A stretch of 64,000 nucleotides of DNA from Methanobacteriota archaeon (lineage in GTDB: Archaea; Thermoplasmatota; E2; JACPAO01; JAHWKR01), in the NCBI GenBank assembly GCA_019347805.1, contig JAHWKR010000012.1, positions 4,473 through 68,472 of the forward strand, given 5' to 3'. This document shows, piece after piece, positions 1 through 8,792 of the stretch. A program made the position numbers and the translations under genes. Within the stretch, counting starts at the first letter, position 1. Each line of letters opens with the position of its first letter. The notes under the pieces were generated by a model. The model ran no database searches. It was given only the letters and a program-made list of their open reading frames with translations, and was not told the origin of the DNA.

Positions 1-21
1 ACGGCACTGAAGACCCTCGGA

Positions 22-735
22 TTGACCGAATGGAGCGCCCGCGCCTATGAGGCGTTGGTCGGCCTGGGGGAGACGTCGGCGACCACTGTCGCAGAGGCGG
101 CGCAGTTGCCGCGCACGAAGGTCTACGCCATCCTCGACGACCTCGTCAAGGACGGTTGGGCCGAAGCGGAGAACACCCGACCGAAGACCTTCCGCGCCGT
201 CGACCCGGGACGCTGCATCGAACGGGGACGTGTCATGCTCCTCGAATCATTGGACCGGGCGCAGCGTGACCTCGAGGCGCTCTATAAACAGGAGGGAGTC
301 CGCTTCGGCGGCCCCATGTGGACCGTCGTCGGCGAAGAGGCGATCCACCGCCGCATGATGACCATGACCAAGGCGGCGCGCGACGACCTCTTCATGGGTC
401 TTCCGTTCGGCATGCCGGATGACGAGGCACTGTTCGCCGAGTTCGAAGAGGCGTCCCGACGCGGCGCCCGGGTGCGCGTCTTGGTGCCGTCGCCCGAAGC
501 CGTTCCCGAAAGGCTACGCGAACGCTCCTTCGCCGAGATCCGCGTCGGGCCGGTACCACTCCGCGCACTCTTCGTCGACGACAAGCAGGCCTTCGTCACG
601 GTCCACAGGACACGGACCGACGGTGCGCCGGATTACCGCGGCATCTGGAACCCGCACCCCGACATGGTCGAACAGCTCAGATGGATCGAGCGGAACATGT
701 GGGAGATGGCGCGGAATGTGGGAAGATCCCCATAG
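22..735 (+). CDS. TrmB-family transcriptional regulator (wHTH + PLD-like effector domain)
   Basis: N-terminal EARAYEALV-like...LPRTKVYAILDDLVKDGW TrmB HTH; C-terminal RVRVLV...LFVDDKQAFV...GIWNPHP effector domain; TTG start. Confidence 0.85.
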   Translation: MTEWSARAYEALVGLGETSATTVAEAAQLPRTKVYAILDDLVKDGWAEAENTRPKTFRAVDPGRCIERGRVMLLESLDRAQRDLEALYKQEGVRFGGPMWTVVGEEAIHRRMMTMTKAARDDLFMGLPFGMPDDEALFAEFEEASRRGARVRVLVPSPEAVPERLRERSFAEIRVGPVPLRALFVDDKQAFVTVHRTRTDGAPDYRGIWNPHPDMVEQLRWIERNMWEMARNVGRSP

Positions 736-775
736 TCGTTCAACTGGACCGCGTTCGAGGTCATTTTTCTGCTAC

Positions 776-1954
776 CTATTCCGATGTACCAGAATCTCGC
801 TTGAAATCCATGATCGGTATGGCCATCAATGCTTCAAACGAGGCAAGATCAAGCAGTTCTTGGAGGCTACTCGGCTGATACACTGTCGGAGGGCAGTCCT
901 CGATGATGTCTAAAAGAACCATCGCTTCTAATTGCGAGACTTCTCCGGAATATACCTGCGGTACAAGTTCTTCAAACAATTTGCGCGACTTATCTGCTAA
1001 TAGTGAAACCAGTAAATGAAAGAAAACCAAGAAGGCAGCTATAGTGAAAAACACGATCAAAGCAAATCCCACGGTGAGATATGGTGTCGTCATGATTACA
1101 TGTGCATAGGTTTGGTACCAAAAAAACGCCAAGGACAACCACGCGAACCACGGTAAAATCTGAGAAATCTTTTGTTGGAGAGTCAAGTAAACTGCAAAAC
1201 CACGTGCTATTTTTGGATGTTTTTTTGTTGCTTCTGTCTCTATTCCACGGTGGTAAAGTACCACATCCCAAACCGAAAAAACATCCTCTTGTTGCTCGGC
1301 TGTAGATTCGGCCGATGGGGCACGTTCAATCTCACCGAACCAATCGGAATACGATTTTAGATCAGGAATCGAGACACCTTGATTGCGCAGAGTAAAAATT
1401 AGCGATTGAATCAAATCCCGGACGAAGATACCAACACGTCGGAGCAGCCGCTTTCCAAACAATAGGAAGCCATACCCGAGAGTTCTTGCCGCGTAATACA
1501 TTGCTGCCAAAATAAGAAGGGCGAACGTGAGACCACTGCTGTGGATAAGGCCGTAGAGTGCAGCGGTAAGACCTACAGCCATTGCCAAGAACGCCGACAA
1601 ACCGTGAAATTTCTGTTCTGCTGAGATTCCCTTATGGCGGAAGATCCGCACCCACCCAGCAAAAGCATGAATTCCGGGACTTTTGCGCGCAATCTTTGGA
1701 CGGGCACTGTCGATTATCTTGCGGGTAATCTTCTCTGCAAATATCCCTATCAGGATGAAGATGACAGCACCAGTCCCAATAAGGAATGGTACGCCATTGC
1801 TCGAGTTCAATGTCGGGATTAACCGAAGAAAGAACAGACCCGCCAACACCATGATGCTTGCTGCGGTGAAGAGAAATCTAGAGCGAGCGTCGTACCGTTC
1901 TAAGTAACGCTCCAAATATGCAGCGAGCTCACTTGGAGAGGTCACCTTCGACAT
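776..1954 (-). CDS. Orphan multi-pass membrane protein, AT-richer than host
   Basis: 392-aa ORF with about 6 hydrophobic segments; visibly lower GC than flanks; starts 3 nt after the egsA stop; no motif recognised. Confidence 0.7.
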   Translation of the reverse strand: MSKVTSPSELAAYLERYLERYDARSRFLFTAASIMVLAGLFFLRLIPTLNSSNGVPFLIGTGAVIFILIGIFAEKITRKIIDSARPKIARKSPGIHAFAGWVRIFRHKGISAEQKFHGLSAFLAMAVGLTAALYGLIHSSGLTFALLILAAMYYAARTLGYGFLLFGKRLLRRVGIFVRDLIQSLIFTLRNQGVSIPDLKSYSDWFGEIERAPSAESTAEQQEDVFSVWDVVLYHRGIETEATKKHPKIARGFAVYLTLQQKISQILPWFAWLSLAFFWYQTYAHVIMTTPYLTVGFALIVFFTIAAFLVFFHLLVSLLADKSRKLFEELVPQVYSGEVSQLEAMVLLDIIEDCPPTVYQPSSLQELLDLASFEALMAIPIMDFKRDSGTSE

Positions 1955-1957
1955 AAA

Positions 1958-3031
1958 TCACAGAATCCCTCCCACGACACCCGTCTCCTTCGCCAACTTC
2001 GCCGCGGCCTGCGGCGTGAGTCCCTTGTCACCCAGGATGGTGTACCGCTCGGGTCGCACTTCGTGCGCGGTGCAGAGGGCCTGGATGATCTTTTTCTTGG
2101 GGATGCCCAGCTCTTTGGCGGTGGTCGGCGCGCCGACCTTCTTGAGGGTGTCGCGGATCTTTTGCCAGTCCCCGCCGTGCAGGTACATGGTGAGGATGGT
2201 GCCGATGCCGCATTGTTCGCCGTGTAGTGCCCGTCCCGGGGCCAGGCGGTCGAGCTGGTGCGAGAACATGTGTTCGGCGCCGGAGGCGGGCCGTGATGTC
2301 CCGGCCACCGACATGGCGACACCTGACGTGATGAGGCTCTTCATGACGAACCAGGACGACTCTTCCAGGCCAGGCTTGATGGCGTCGGCGTTGTTGAGGA
2401 TGAGTTCGGCGGCGGTCTTGGACAACACGGCGGCGAACGAGGAGTATTCCTCTCCGCGCAGGCGCTCGGCCAGTTGCCAGTCAAGGACGGCGGTGGTGTT
2501 GGAGAGGATATCGGCGCAACCGGAGGCGAGGAAGCGATAGGGGGCTTTCTGGATGACCGCGGTGTCGGCGAGGATGCCGAGCGGCGAGGTCGCTTCCATG
2601 CTCTTTTTCTCTTCCGCGTCGGAGACGGAGGCACGGCCCGAGGCCAATCCGTCGTGCGCGGGAGACGTCGGCACCGAGACGAACGGCACCTTCAATCGGT
2701 AGGCGGCGAGTTTGGCGACATCGACCACGGTCCCCCCTCCGACACCGAAGATCGCTTCGCAGCCCTTGGCTTCGGCCGCCGCGACGGTCTTGTCGACCTC
2801 TTTCATGGTCGCTTTTTCGACCGGGGCGTGGTGCACCTTGTAGTCGCCCTTCTCGAGGTGCTTGCCGACCGATTCACCGGCCAGCTTGAACGTCTTGGGG
2901 CCGCTTGCGACCAGGACGGTCTCACCCAGTTCAAGGTCCTGCGACAGGGTGGCGACCTCGCTGATCACGCCGTGTCCGATGAGGACGCTGCGGGGGAACA
3001 CCATCAGCTTGGACTTCTGGAAACTGTCCAT
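1958..3031 (-). CDS. egsA: sn-glycerol-1-phosphate dehydrogenase
   Basis: GVGGGTVVDVAK, SVPTSPAHDGLAS, SRPASGAEHMFSH and LHGEQCG Zn/NAD motifs. Confidence 0.95.
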   Translation of the reverse strand: MDSFQKSKLMVFPRSVLIGHGVISEVATLSQDLELGETVLVASGPKTFKLAGESVGKHLEKGDYKVHHAPVEKATMKEVDKTVAAAEAKGCEAIFGVGGGTVVDVAKLAAYRLKVPFVSVPTSPAHDGLASGRASVSDAEEKKSMEATSPLGILADTAVIQKAPYRFLASGCADILSNTTAVLDWQLAERLRGEEYSSFAAVLSKTAAELILNNADAIKPGLEESSWFVMKSLITSGVAMSVAGTSRPASGAEHMFSHQLDRLAPGRALHGEQCGIGTILTMYLHGGDWQKIRDTLKKVGAPTTAKELGIPKKKIIQALCTAHEVRPERYTILGDKGLTPQAAAKLAKETGVVGGIL

Positions 3032-3061
3032 GTTGGGAGGGCGGGCGAGGGACCGGCCCCG

Positions 3062-3068
3062 TATAAAT
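3062..3068 (-). promoter_or_regulatory. TATA box for egsA
   Basis: ATTTATA on the minus strand about 30 nt upstream of the ATG at 3031. Confidence 0.55.
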
Positions 3069-3089
3069 GCTGGGCGCGGGGAAGACGGT

Positions 3090-5174
3090 TCAGGATACCG
3101 GGTGGTATATGACGCGCCGCCCGTCCCGTTCGCGGCGGATGAGCCCGGCCTCTTCGAGACGCTTCGTATGCCAAAGCGCGCCCGCCGGCGTCATGCCAAG
3201 TCGATCGGCCAGTTCCTGCTGGGCGACGCCGGGCCGCGCGCTGACTTCTTCAAGCGCGCGTCTCGTCGCGGGGTGACGCAGGAGCGCGAGCGTTCGCGTG
3301 TCGTGCTTGCGCACGGTATGGGCAGTGAAGAAATGACGGTTGCGGCCCACCACCTCGCTCTTCAGGAGGCCCGCCTTCTCGAGTGCTGCGGAATGGTGCG
3401 TCAGGGTCCCCCACCCGACGTCCAAGCGCTTCAACAACTCTGACGCGGTGATCCCTTCGTCTTCACGGACGACGGAGAGTAGACGTGCGCGCACAGGGTG
3501 GTCAGGAAGTGCCGAGGGAAGGACACGGGAATAGGCACGAAGGGCGATGACCTTGAGACTTGGCCAAAGATATACGGACCAGATGAGCACGATGAGCGGC
3601 ACGGTGACGGCAGCGAACGGCTGGATCTTCGGTGCGTGGAACGTCACGGTGGAAAGGGGCGTCACGGTGGGGACGGACCGGATCCGGCCGACCGCTCCGT
3701 CTGGGTAGGCGTCAAGGCCGACCCGCTGCTCGACGATGCGCACCAGGCTGCCGTCTTCTGCATCCAGGACGACATAGGATTCGGCGCGGACGATCTTCGG
3801 ATCGGTACACGTGCCGTACGTGGAACGCCCGACCACGAGCCGGTCATAGCGTGACTCGATGGGAAGCAGGGCTGTGTCGGGCGGTACGAATTCACAATCG
3901 TCGGACCAGACGACAGGAAGATCATGGCCCCAGTGGACGAAATCGGACGAAGCTTCCTGGTGTTCCGGCGCCGCGACACGAGCCCACCGTTCGAACGCGC
4001 TCTCCAAGGTGATGAGGTGTTCCGGTTTCGGCCCCGCCCGTTCAAGATCGACGGGCTGTTCCCCTGAATCGGTGACCCACGTCATGCTGCCGTCGCGGGT
4101 CCTTTCACTGCTCACCAGGTAGCCGTCGCCCGAGGGGGAGGCGTATAGGAGGCGCCACTGATCGCTCGGACGTTCTCGCCAGTCGTGTTCCCCACGCATC
4201 AAGCGGGCGGCGGCGAGTTGTGCATCAGGATGTCCTGCCTTCCAGACACGGAAGAGCGTCGTCTCGGTGGAGGAGTGGACGGTCTCGATCGCGGATTCGA
4301 TGGAAAAATGGAGAATATCGGAACCACCGGTGGCAGGGTGACCCAGGCCTTCGGGGCCGTGGCGCACGGAAAAGGTGGTATCGGGGGACCCCACCAGCGG
4401 TTCGTCGACATAGGGGCCCGAACCACGATCGAACCGCACGAGTGTCATCACGAGGTCCCCGGTCCGCTCGGTCGAGCGGTGGACGACGAGCGTGGGGACG
4501 GGCGCGTCCTCGGTGTACCAAGTGGTGCGGAGTCGTTCGCGGCCATCGCAGTCGAGGACTTCGGAGATGCCACGGGCCGGCCTGTCGTCGATGAGGCCCG
4601 CCTCGGTCCGGCTTTCTTGTTCGCTTGGGACACACACATCACGATGGACGGAGAGGGTGCTGTTGTCTGCCGACCACCATGTCCGGCTCGGTGCGGACGG
4701 ACCCCTAGGATCGACCTCGCTCGTGAGGGTGGTACCGGCCATCCGAAGCATGGGCACAAGGGGCTCGCTTGTGGTGTAACGGCCGCGCACCTCTTCGAAG
4801 TCGGACCGACGCTGGCCAAGGTCTTGACGGACCGCGATCCCGCTGGACAGGATCCAATCGGTGGCATGCTGTGCGGTGTCCCCGGCGCTGGAGTTGACGA
4901 CGAGACGGTATCCTTCGTGACGGTCCCCGTCGGCACCGACCACCGCTTCGGCAGCACGGACCTCGAAGTTCAATACCCCGAGCGTCTGAGATTGTTGGAG
5001 GAAAGCATAGGCACCTCTGTCGCCCTCGCGCAAGGGAGGCACTTCGATATCGGTCGACCCGCCGACGTCGACGTGGACGGTCGCCGAGACGGCCACGCCT
5101 GTGATCAGCAGTACCGCGGAGACTGCGAGAAGGGCCCACTTCTTCCGACCGGTCAGCTTGGCAAGACGCCTCAC
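3090..5174 (-). CDS. Membrane-anchored regulator: signal/anchor + large extracellular region + TM + two winged HTH domains
   Basis: RRLAKLTGRKKWALLAVSAVLL signal; TM AAVTVPLIVLIWSVYLW; two C-terminal wHTHs (GWGTLTHHSAALEKAGLL; AGALWHTKRLEEAGLIRRERDGRRVIY). GTG start at 5174 inferred from a TTTATG box 27 nt upstream. Confidence 0.8.
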   Translation of the reverse strand: MRRLAKLTGRKKWALLAVSAVLLITGVAVSATVHVDVGGSTDIEVPPLREGDRGAYAFLQQSQTLGVLNFEVRAAEAVVGADGDRHEGYRLVVNSSAGDTAQHATDWILSSGIAVRQDLGQRRSDFEEVRGRYTTSEPLVPMLRMAGTTLTSEVDPRGPSAPSRTWWSADNSTLSVHRDVCVPSEQESRTEAGLIDDRPARGISEVLDCDGRERLRTTWYTEDAPVPTLVVHRSTERTGDLVMTLVRFDRGSGPYVDEPLVGSPDTTFSVRHGPEGLGHPATGGSDILHFSIESAIETVHSSTETTLFRVWKAGHPDAQLAAARLMRGEHDWRERPSDQWRLLYASPSGDGYLVSSERTRDGSMTWVTDSGEQPVDLERAGPKPEHLITLESAFERWARVAAPEHQEASSDFVHWGHDLPVVWSDDCEFVPPDTALLPIESRYDRLVVGRSTYGTCTDPKIVRAESYVVLDAEDGSLVRIVEQRVGLDAYPDGAVGRIRSVPTVTPLSTVTFHAPKIQPFAAVTVPLIVLIWSVYLWPSLKVIALRAYSRVLPSALPDHPVRARLLSVVREDEGITASELLKRLDVGWGTLTHHSAALEKAGLLKSEVVGRNRHFFTAHTVRKHDTRTLALLRHPATRRALEEVSARPGVAQQELADRLGMTPAGALWHTKRLEEAGLIRRERDGRRVIYHPVS

Positions 5175-5310
5175 TGGGTGCCAGGAGTGACAGCTGGCCA
5201 TAAAGGTCTCTGGAGGGGTCGTTAAATCGGGGGACGGCCGGCGTGAGGGTTTAGCGAAGCCAACAAGGAGCTTAAGGCATGTGACCCCCGTCGCATCATC
5301 GGTGACCTGA

Positions 5311-5976
5311 ATGACCGACTCAAGATCGACGGCCATGATCGTACTGCTCGCGATGACCCTTTCCGGCTTGGCCGGCTGCCTGTCCGGCGAGGAGTCCGGG
5401 AGCGCCCCCGAGGCGGCTTCGTCTGAGCCCGGCGCCCGAAACGTGTCATTCCAGCCACATCCGGTCGAGGAACCGGATCCTGCGGTGACCGGTCCCATGA
5501 TCGTCCAGAAGGATTGGGACGGGCGCATCGATGCGGACCCTTGCATCATGGCCCTGCCGGTGCGCACGTGCGGCTTGACGGTGCCGGACAAGTCCGAGGG
5601 ACACGTGCGCTGGACCGAAGTGACGTTCCCTCATTCACCCCGGGTCGCTGACGTGACCGTGGATTGGTCGCATGACGAGGAGATCAATGGCAGGTCCGCG
5701 ACAGGAGGACGATCAACGACCGAGGCCCAGATGCGGTTCGGACTGTCGTGTGCGACCCGGAGCAACGGGCCTTGCCCCTCGGAGTTGCCGACCGTGAGTG
5801 GTCATCAACCTCCCTATTCGTTCGACGGCGTGGACCTCTCCTGGTTCGAGCCGGCGGATCATCGACTGTGGTTGTCCATCCGAGCCGAGCCGGACCGGGT
5901 CGGCGACGTCGAGGTCTACCCCGAGGTGCACGTCACGTTCGAGGTGGCTGCGGTGTTCGAGGTCGAAGCATCGTGA
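5311..5976 (+). CDS. Lipoprotein, unknown function
   Basis: Signal peptide with lipobox LAGC; beta-rich remainder. Confidence 0.75.
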   Translation: MTDSRSTAMIVLLAMTLSGLAGCLSGEESGSAPEAASSEPGARNVSFQPHPVEEPDPAVTGPMIVQKDWDGRIDADPCIMALPVRTCGLTVPDKSEGHVRWTEVTFPHSPRVADVTVDWSHDEEINGRSATGGRSTTEAQMRFGLSCATRSNGPCPSELPTVSGHQPPYSFDGVDLSWFEPADHRLWLSIRAEPDRVGDVEVYPEVHVTFEVAAVFEVEAS

Positions 5977-6983
5977 ACCGACCGTTCGGGCGTGGTGGGA
6001 CGATCGTCGTGCTGTGGTGCCTCATCACGTTCCTCGTCGCGGGTTGTGCGGATCAGGACGCCGGTGACGAGGAGCGACGCGACGAAGTGGAACGCCCCTC
6101 GCCGGCCGAAGGGCCGGCACGTTGCCTAGATTGTGACACCGACAGCGATCTGGTACCGGTGGAATCGCCGGATTGGTCGGTGGGCGATTGGTGGGAGTGG
6201 CGCATCCAAGGTGGAGGATACGACTTTCGGGTGACTACGGTGGTCGCTGGTTCGGAAGCAGGATCGACCCTCATCGGGATCGCTGACCGGCCGTCCGACC
6301 TCCTCGCACCCTGGTTCCACGTGCCGCCCGTTGGACGGGTGGATCCGAGCACTCTCGGTTACGAGGCACACGACCTTGACATGCGGCTGTTGGCGTTCCC
6401 CCTCTGGGACGGCAAGGAGTGGACAGGGGCGATCGAAGGCGACCCTGTGACCTTCGTCGCGAACAGGACGGATCCGGATGGACCCTTCACGATCGAAGGG
6501 GAGTATGACAGCGGGGGCACAGCGGTCCGTCTCGGATATGATCCCGATGCCCGGATGTTGAATGAGATCGCCTTGTACTATGGCGGTTCTTCCGCGTGGT
6601 CCGAGGCGACATTGGTCGCGTGGGGATCGGATTCCGAGGAGCCGTGGGTCGTGCCGGACCTGGACGACCTGTTTCTTGGTGGCGCCTGGCTTCCGAGGGA
6701 CCCGCTCGAGACGACGACCATCGCCGTTGCGGACGATGTCGAACACATCCTCTTCGGTTGTGAGACGGGGGGTTCGATAGGTGCGCACCACGCTGTGCTC
6801 CAGGGTCCGGACGGCGGAAGGACGATCTGTCCGGGCGAGGACGCTTGGACCGCCGCGGGGCGGACGACTTTCGTGGTCGCCGTTCCGGCGCAGCCAGGTT
6901 CGTGGGCGCTCAGCCTGACGGCGGCCGGAGACGGCTATGTCTCCGTCGAGATGGCCGCCATGGGGTTCATTCCAGTGGTCTGA
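5973..6983 (+). CDS. Lipoprotein with PxWxVGDWW domain and C-terminal beta-sandwich
   Basis: GTG start overlaps the upstream TGA (GTGA); lipobox VAGC; PDWSVGDWWEW...FPLWDGKEW. Confidence 0.75.
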   Translation: MNRPFGRGGTIVVLWCLITFLVAGCADQDAGDEERRDEVERPSPAEGPARCLDCDTDSDLVPVESPDWSVGDWWEWRIQGGGYDFRVTTVVAGSEAGSTLIGIADRPSDLLAPWFHVPPVGRVDPSTLGYEAHDLDMRLLAFPLWDGKEWTGAIEGDPVTFVANRTDPDGPFTIEGEYDSGGTAVRLGYDPDARMLNEIALYYGGSSAWSEATLVAWGSDSEEPWVVPDLDDLFLGGAWLPRDPLETTTIAVADDVEHILFGCETGGSIGAHHAVLQGPDGGRTICPGEDAWTAAGRTTFVVAVPAQPGSWALSLTAAGDGYVSVEMAAMGFIPVV

Positions 6984-7126
6984 CGGTGCTCGTTGCGGTC
7001 CCCTCCCTATCCCGTACCCTTAAAACAGACCCTCTCGTAGGCCGCGGCGTGGCGCCTCCCGAGAAGGACCGTCTGCCTGGCGACGAGGACGACAAGGGCC
7101 TGCCGACCACCGATGGTGAGGAGACG

Positions 7127-8626
7127 ATGGTCTCCACCGACGCCCTGACCGACCACTCGGCCGAGGACGCGCTCGACGAGGAGGTCGCCCACGCCGAAGA
7201 ACGGCGCGAGGCCGAAGACGACGCGGTCCCGGACGTCCCCAAGGAAGCCGAACCGGCCGATGCCCCGGCGGCCGCGCCGGCAGAGCCCGCGGAAGAGGAA
7301 GAGGACCCGTTCAAGGACCTCGACCCGGACGCGGTCGTCCGTTCGCGCGACCCGATGACGGGCGTCCCGGCGCGCATCGCCGACCCCGGCGACGTGTCGC
7401 TCCTTTGGCCGCTTCTCGTGCTGGTCGTGCCGGTGGCGGTCATCACGCTTGGTGCCATCCTGTTCCGCGACGCGGTCTACTGGGACTTCGTCTTCAAGTA
7501 TTACTGGGGCCCCATCAAGGCGGACGGCCTCGGCATGCGCACCATCGTCGAGAACGGTGTCGAGGCGTCGGCCGGGTTCAACCTCGTCAACACGGCGTCG
7601 TGGGCCATCCTGATGGGTGCGCTCATCTTCCTGATGGACCGGATCGTGAAGAAGATCGAGCAACCGGTCGATTTCCCCCTCGTCTTGGCGACGGTCCCCT
7701 ACATGATGGCGGGGAGCATCACGCGCGTCGGGACCGATTCGGGTCTCTTCGACCCGCCGCTCATGTTCTTCCTCATCACGCCGATCATCTATGTCATCGT
7801 GGTCGCCATCGCGACCGTGTGGATCGTTATCGGCTATCTTTTGCGCAAGCACAGCGAGGATGTGGGTCCGACAAGGGCGCTCTTGGCGCTCGGGGCGTTC
7901 CTGCTCGCCGTGTGGGCGGCGTACACCATCTATTCCCTCCAGGGCGACAAGGTCAACGTCTTCGCCAACCCGCTCGTCCTCCTGGTCGCCATGGTGGTCC
8001 CGTACGTCTATTTCTGGAACTACACCAAACAGAGTGGCCACTTCTCGCAGGTCGGTGTCATGGCGGTCTTCGGGGTCACCTATCTCCTCTTCGCGGCGGC
8101 CTATCTCGTCCTCTGGCACACCGGGACGCAGTGGGGCGGCGGCGCTTCGGCGGAGCCACAATACTGGATCTACGTGGCGATGTTCGTGGCGCCGGCCATC
8201 TTCGTGGCCGCCGTCTTCTATGTCGCAAGACACATGACCGTGGGTGGCCGGGCGAGCGCCATCGTCTATCTGCTCCCGCTCAACCTGCTCCTTGTCTTCG
8301 CGCAGATGATGGACGCGACGATGACCTCTGTGGGGGTGGACAACCTGACGCCGACCACCTATTCGGAGAAGCATGTCCTGCCGGCGTTCCTCATCGAGGC
8401 GGTGGACGGCTCCGGGATCCCGATCTTGTCCGAGTATCCGGCGACGACCGTGATGCTGACGGCGAAGCTCATCGTGTCGCTCCTTGTCGTCTGGGCCATC
8501 GACGTCTATGCGCGCAGTGACATGAAGGACTATCCGAACCTGGTGGGGCTCGCCAAGCTCGCCATCATCATGGTCGGACTCGCGCCGGGTACGCGCAATG
8601 CGATCCGGATGGCCCTGCAAGTGTAG
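7127..8626 (+). CDS. DUF63-family integral membrane protein with acidic N-terminal tail
   Basis: KYYWGPI..D...GFNLVNT, AQMMDATMTSVGVD..YSEKHVLP and GLAPGTRNAIR match the DUF63 pattern as I recall it; TATA-like CCCTTAAA at about 7017. Confidence 0.8.
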   Translation: MVSTDALTDHSAEDALDEEVAHAEERREAEDDAVPDVPKEAEPADAPAAAPAEPAEEEEDPFKDLDPDAVVRSRDPMTGVPARIADPGDVSLLWPLLVLVVPVAVITLGAILFRDAVYWDFVFKYYWGPIKADGLGMRTIVENGVEASAGFNLVNTASWAILMGALIFLMDRIVKKIEQPVDFPLVLATVPYMMAGSITRVGTDSGLFDPPLMFFLITPIIYVIVVAIATVWIVIGYLLRKHSEDVGPTRALLALGAFLLAVWAAYTIYSLQGDKVNVFANPLVLLVAMVVPYVYFWNYTKQSGHFSQVGVMAVFGVTYLLFAAAYLVLWHTGTQWGGGASAEPQYWIYVAMFVAPAIFVAAVFYVARHMTVGGRASAIVYLLPLNLLLVFAQMMDATMTSVGVDNLTPTTYSEKHVLPAFLIEAVDGSGIPILSEYPATTVMLTAKLIVSLLVVWAIDVYARSDMKDYPNLVGLAKLAIIMVGLAPGTRNAIRMALQV

Positions 8627-8668
8627 GGAGGGGGTCTGGGGGAGGGAAGCGCCGCTTCCCTCCCCCAG
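8626..8668. repeat. Perfect 15-bp inverted repeat with overlapping G-quadruplex motif
   Basis: CTGGGGGAGGGAAGC-gcc-GCTTCCCTCCCCCAG (8636-8668); G-runs GGG-A-GGGGG-TCT-GGGGG-A-GGG (8626-8646). Confidence 0.8.
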
Positions 8669-8792
8669 GGACCGCTCTCCCCGGACGACCGGGACGTTCG
8701 ACACGGCACGTGCCCGACGCGTGCCGGTCCCTTGACCGTCTCCCTTCCCTCCATCCCCCGTTTTTATCGTTGGACCTTCTCGCTGGCCGTCG

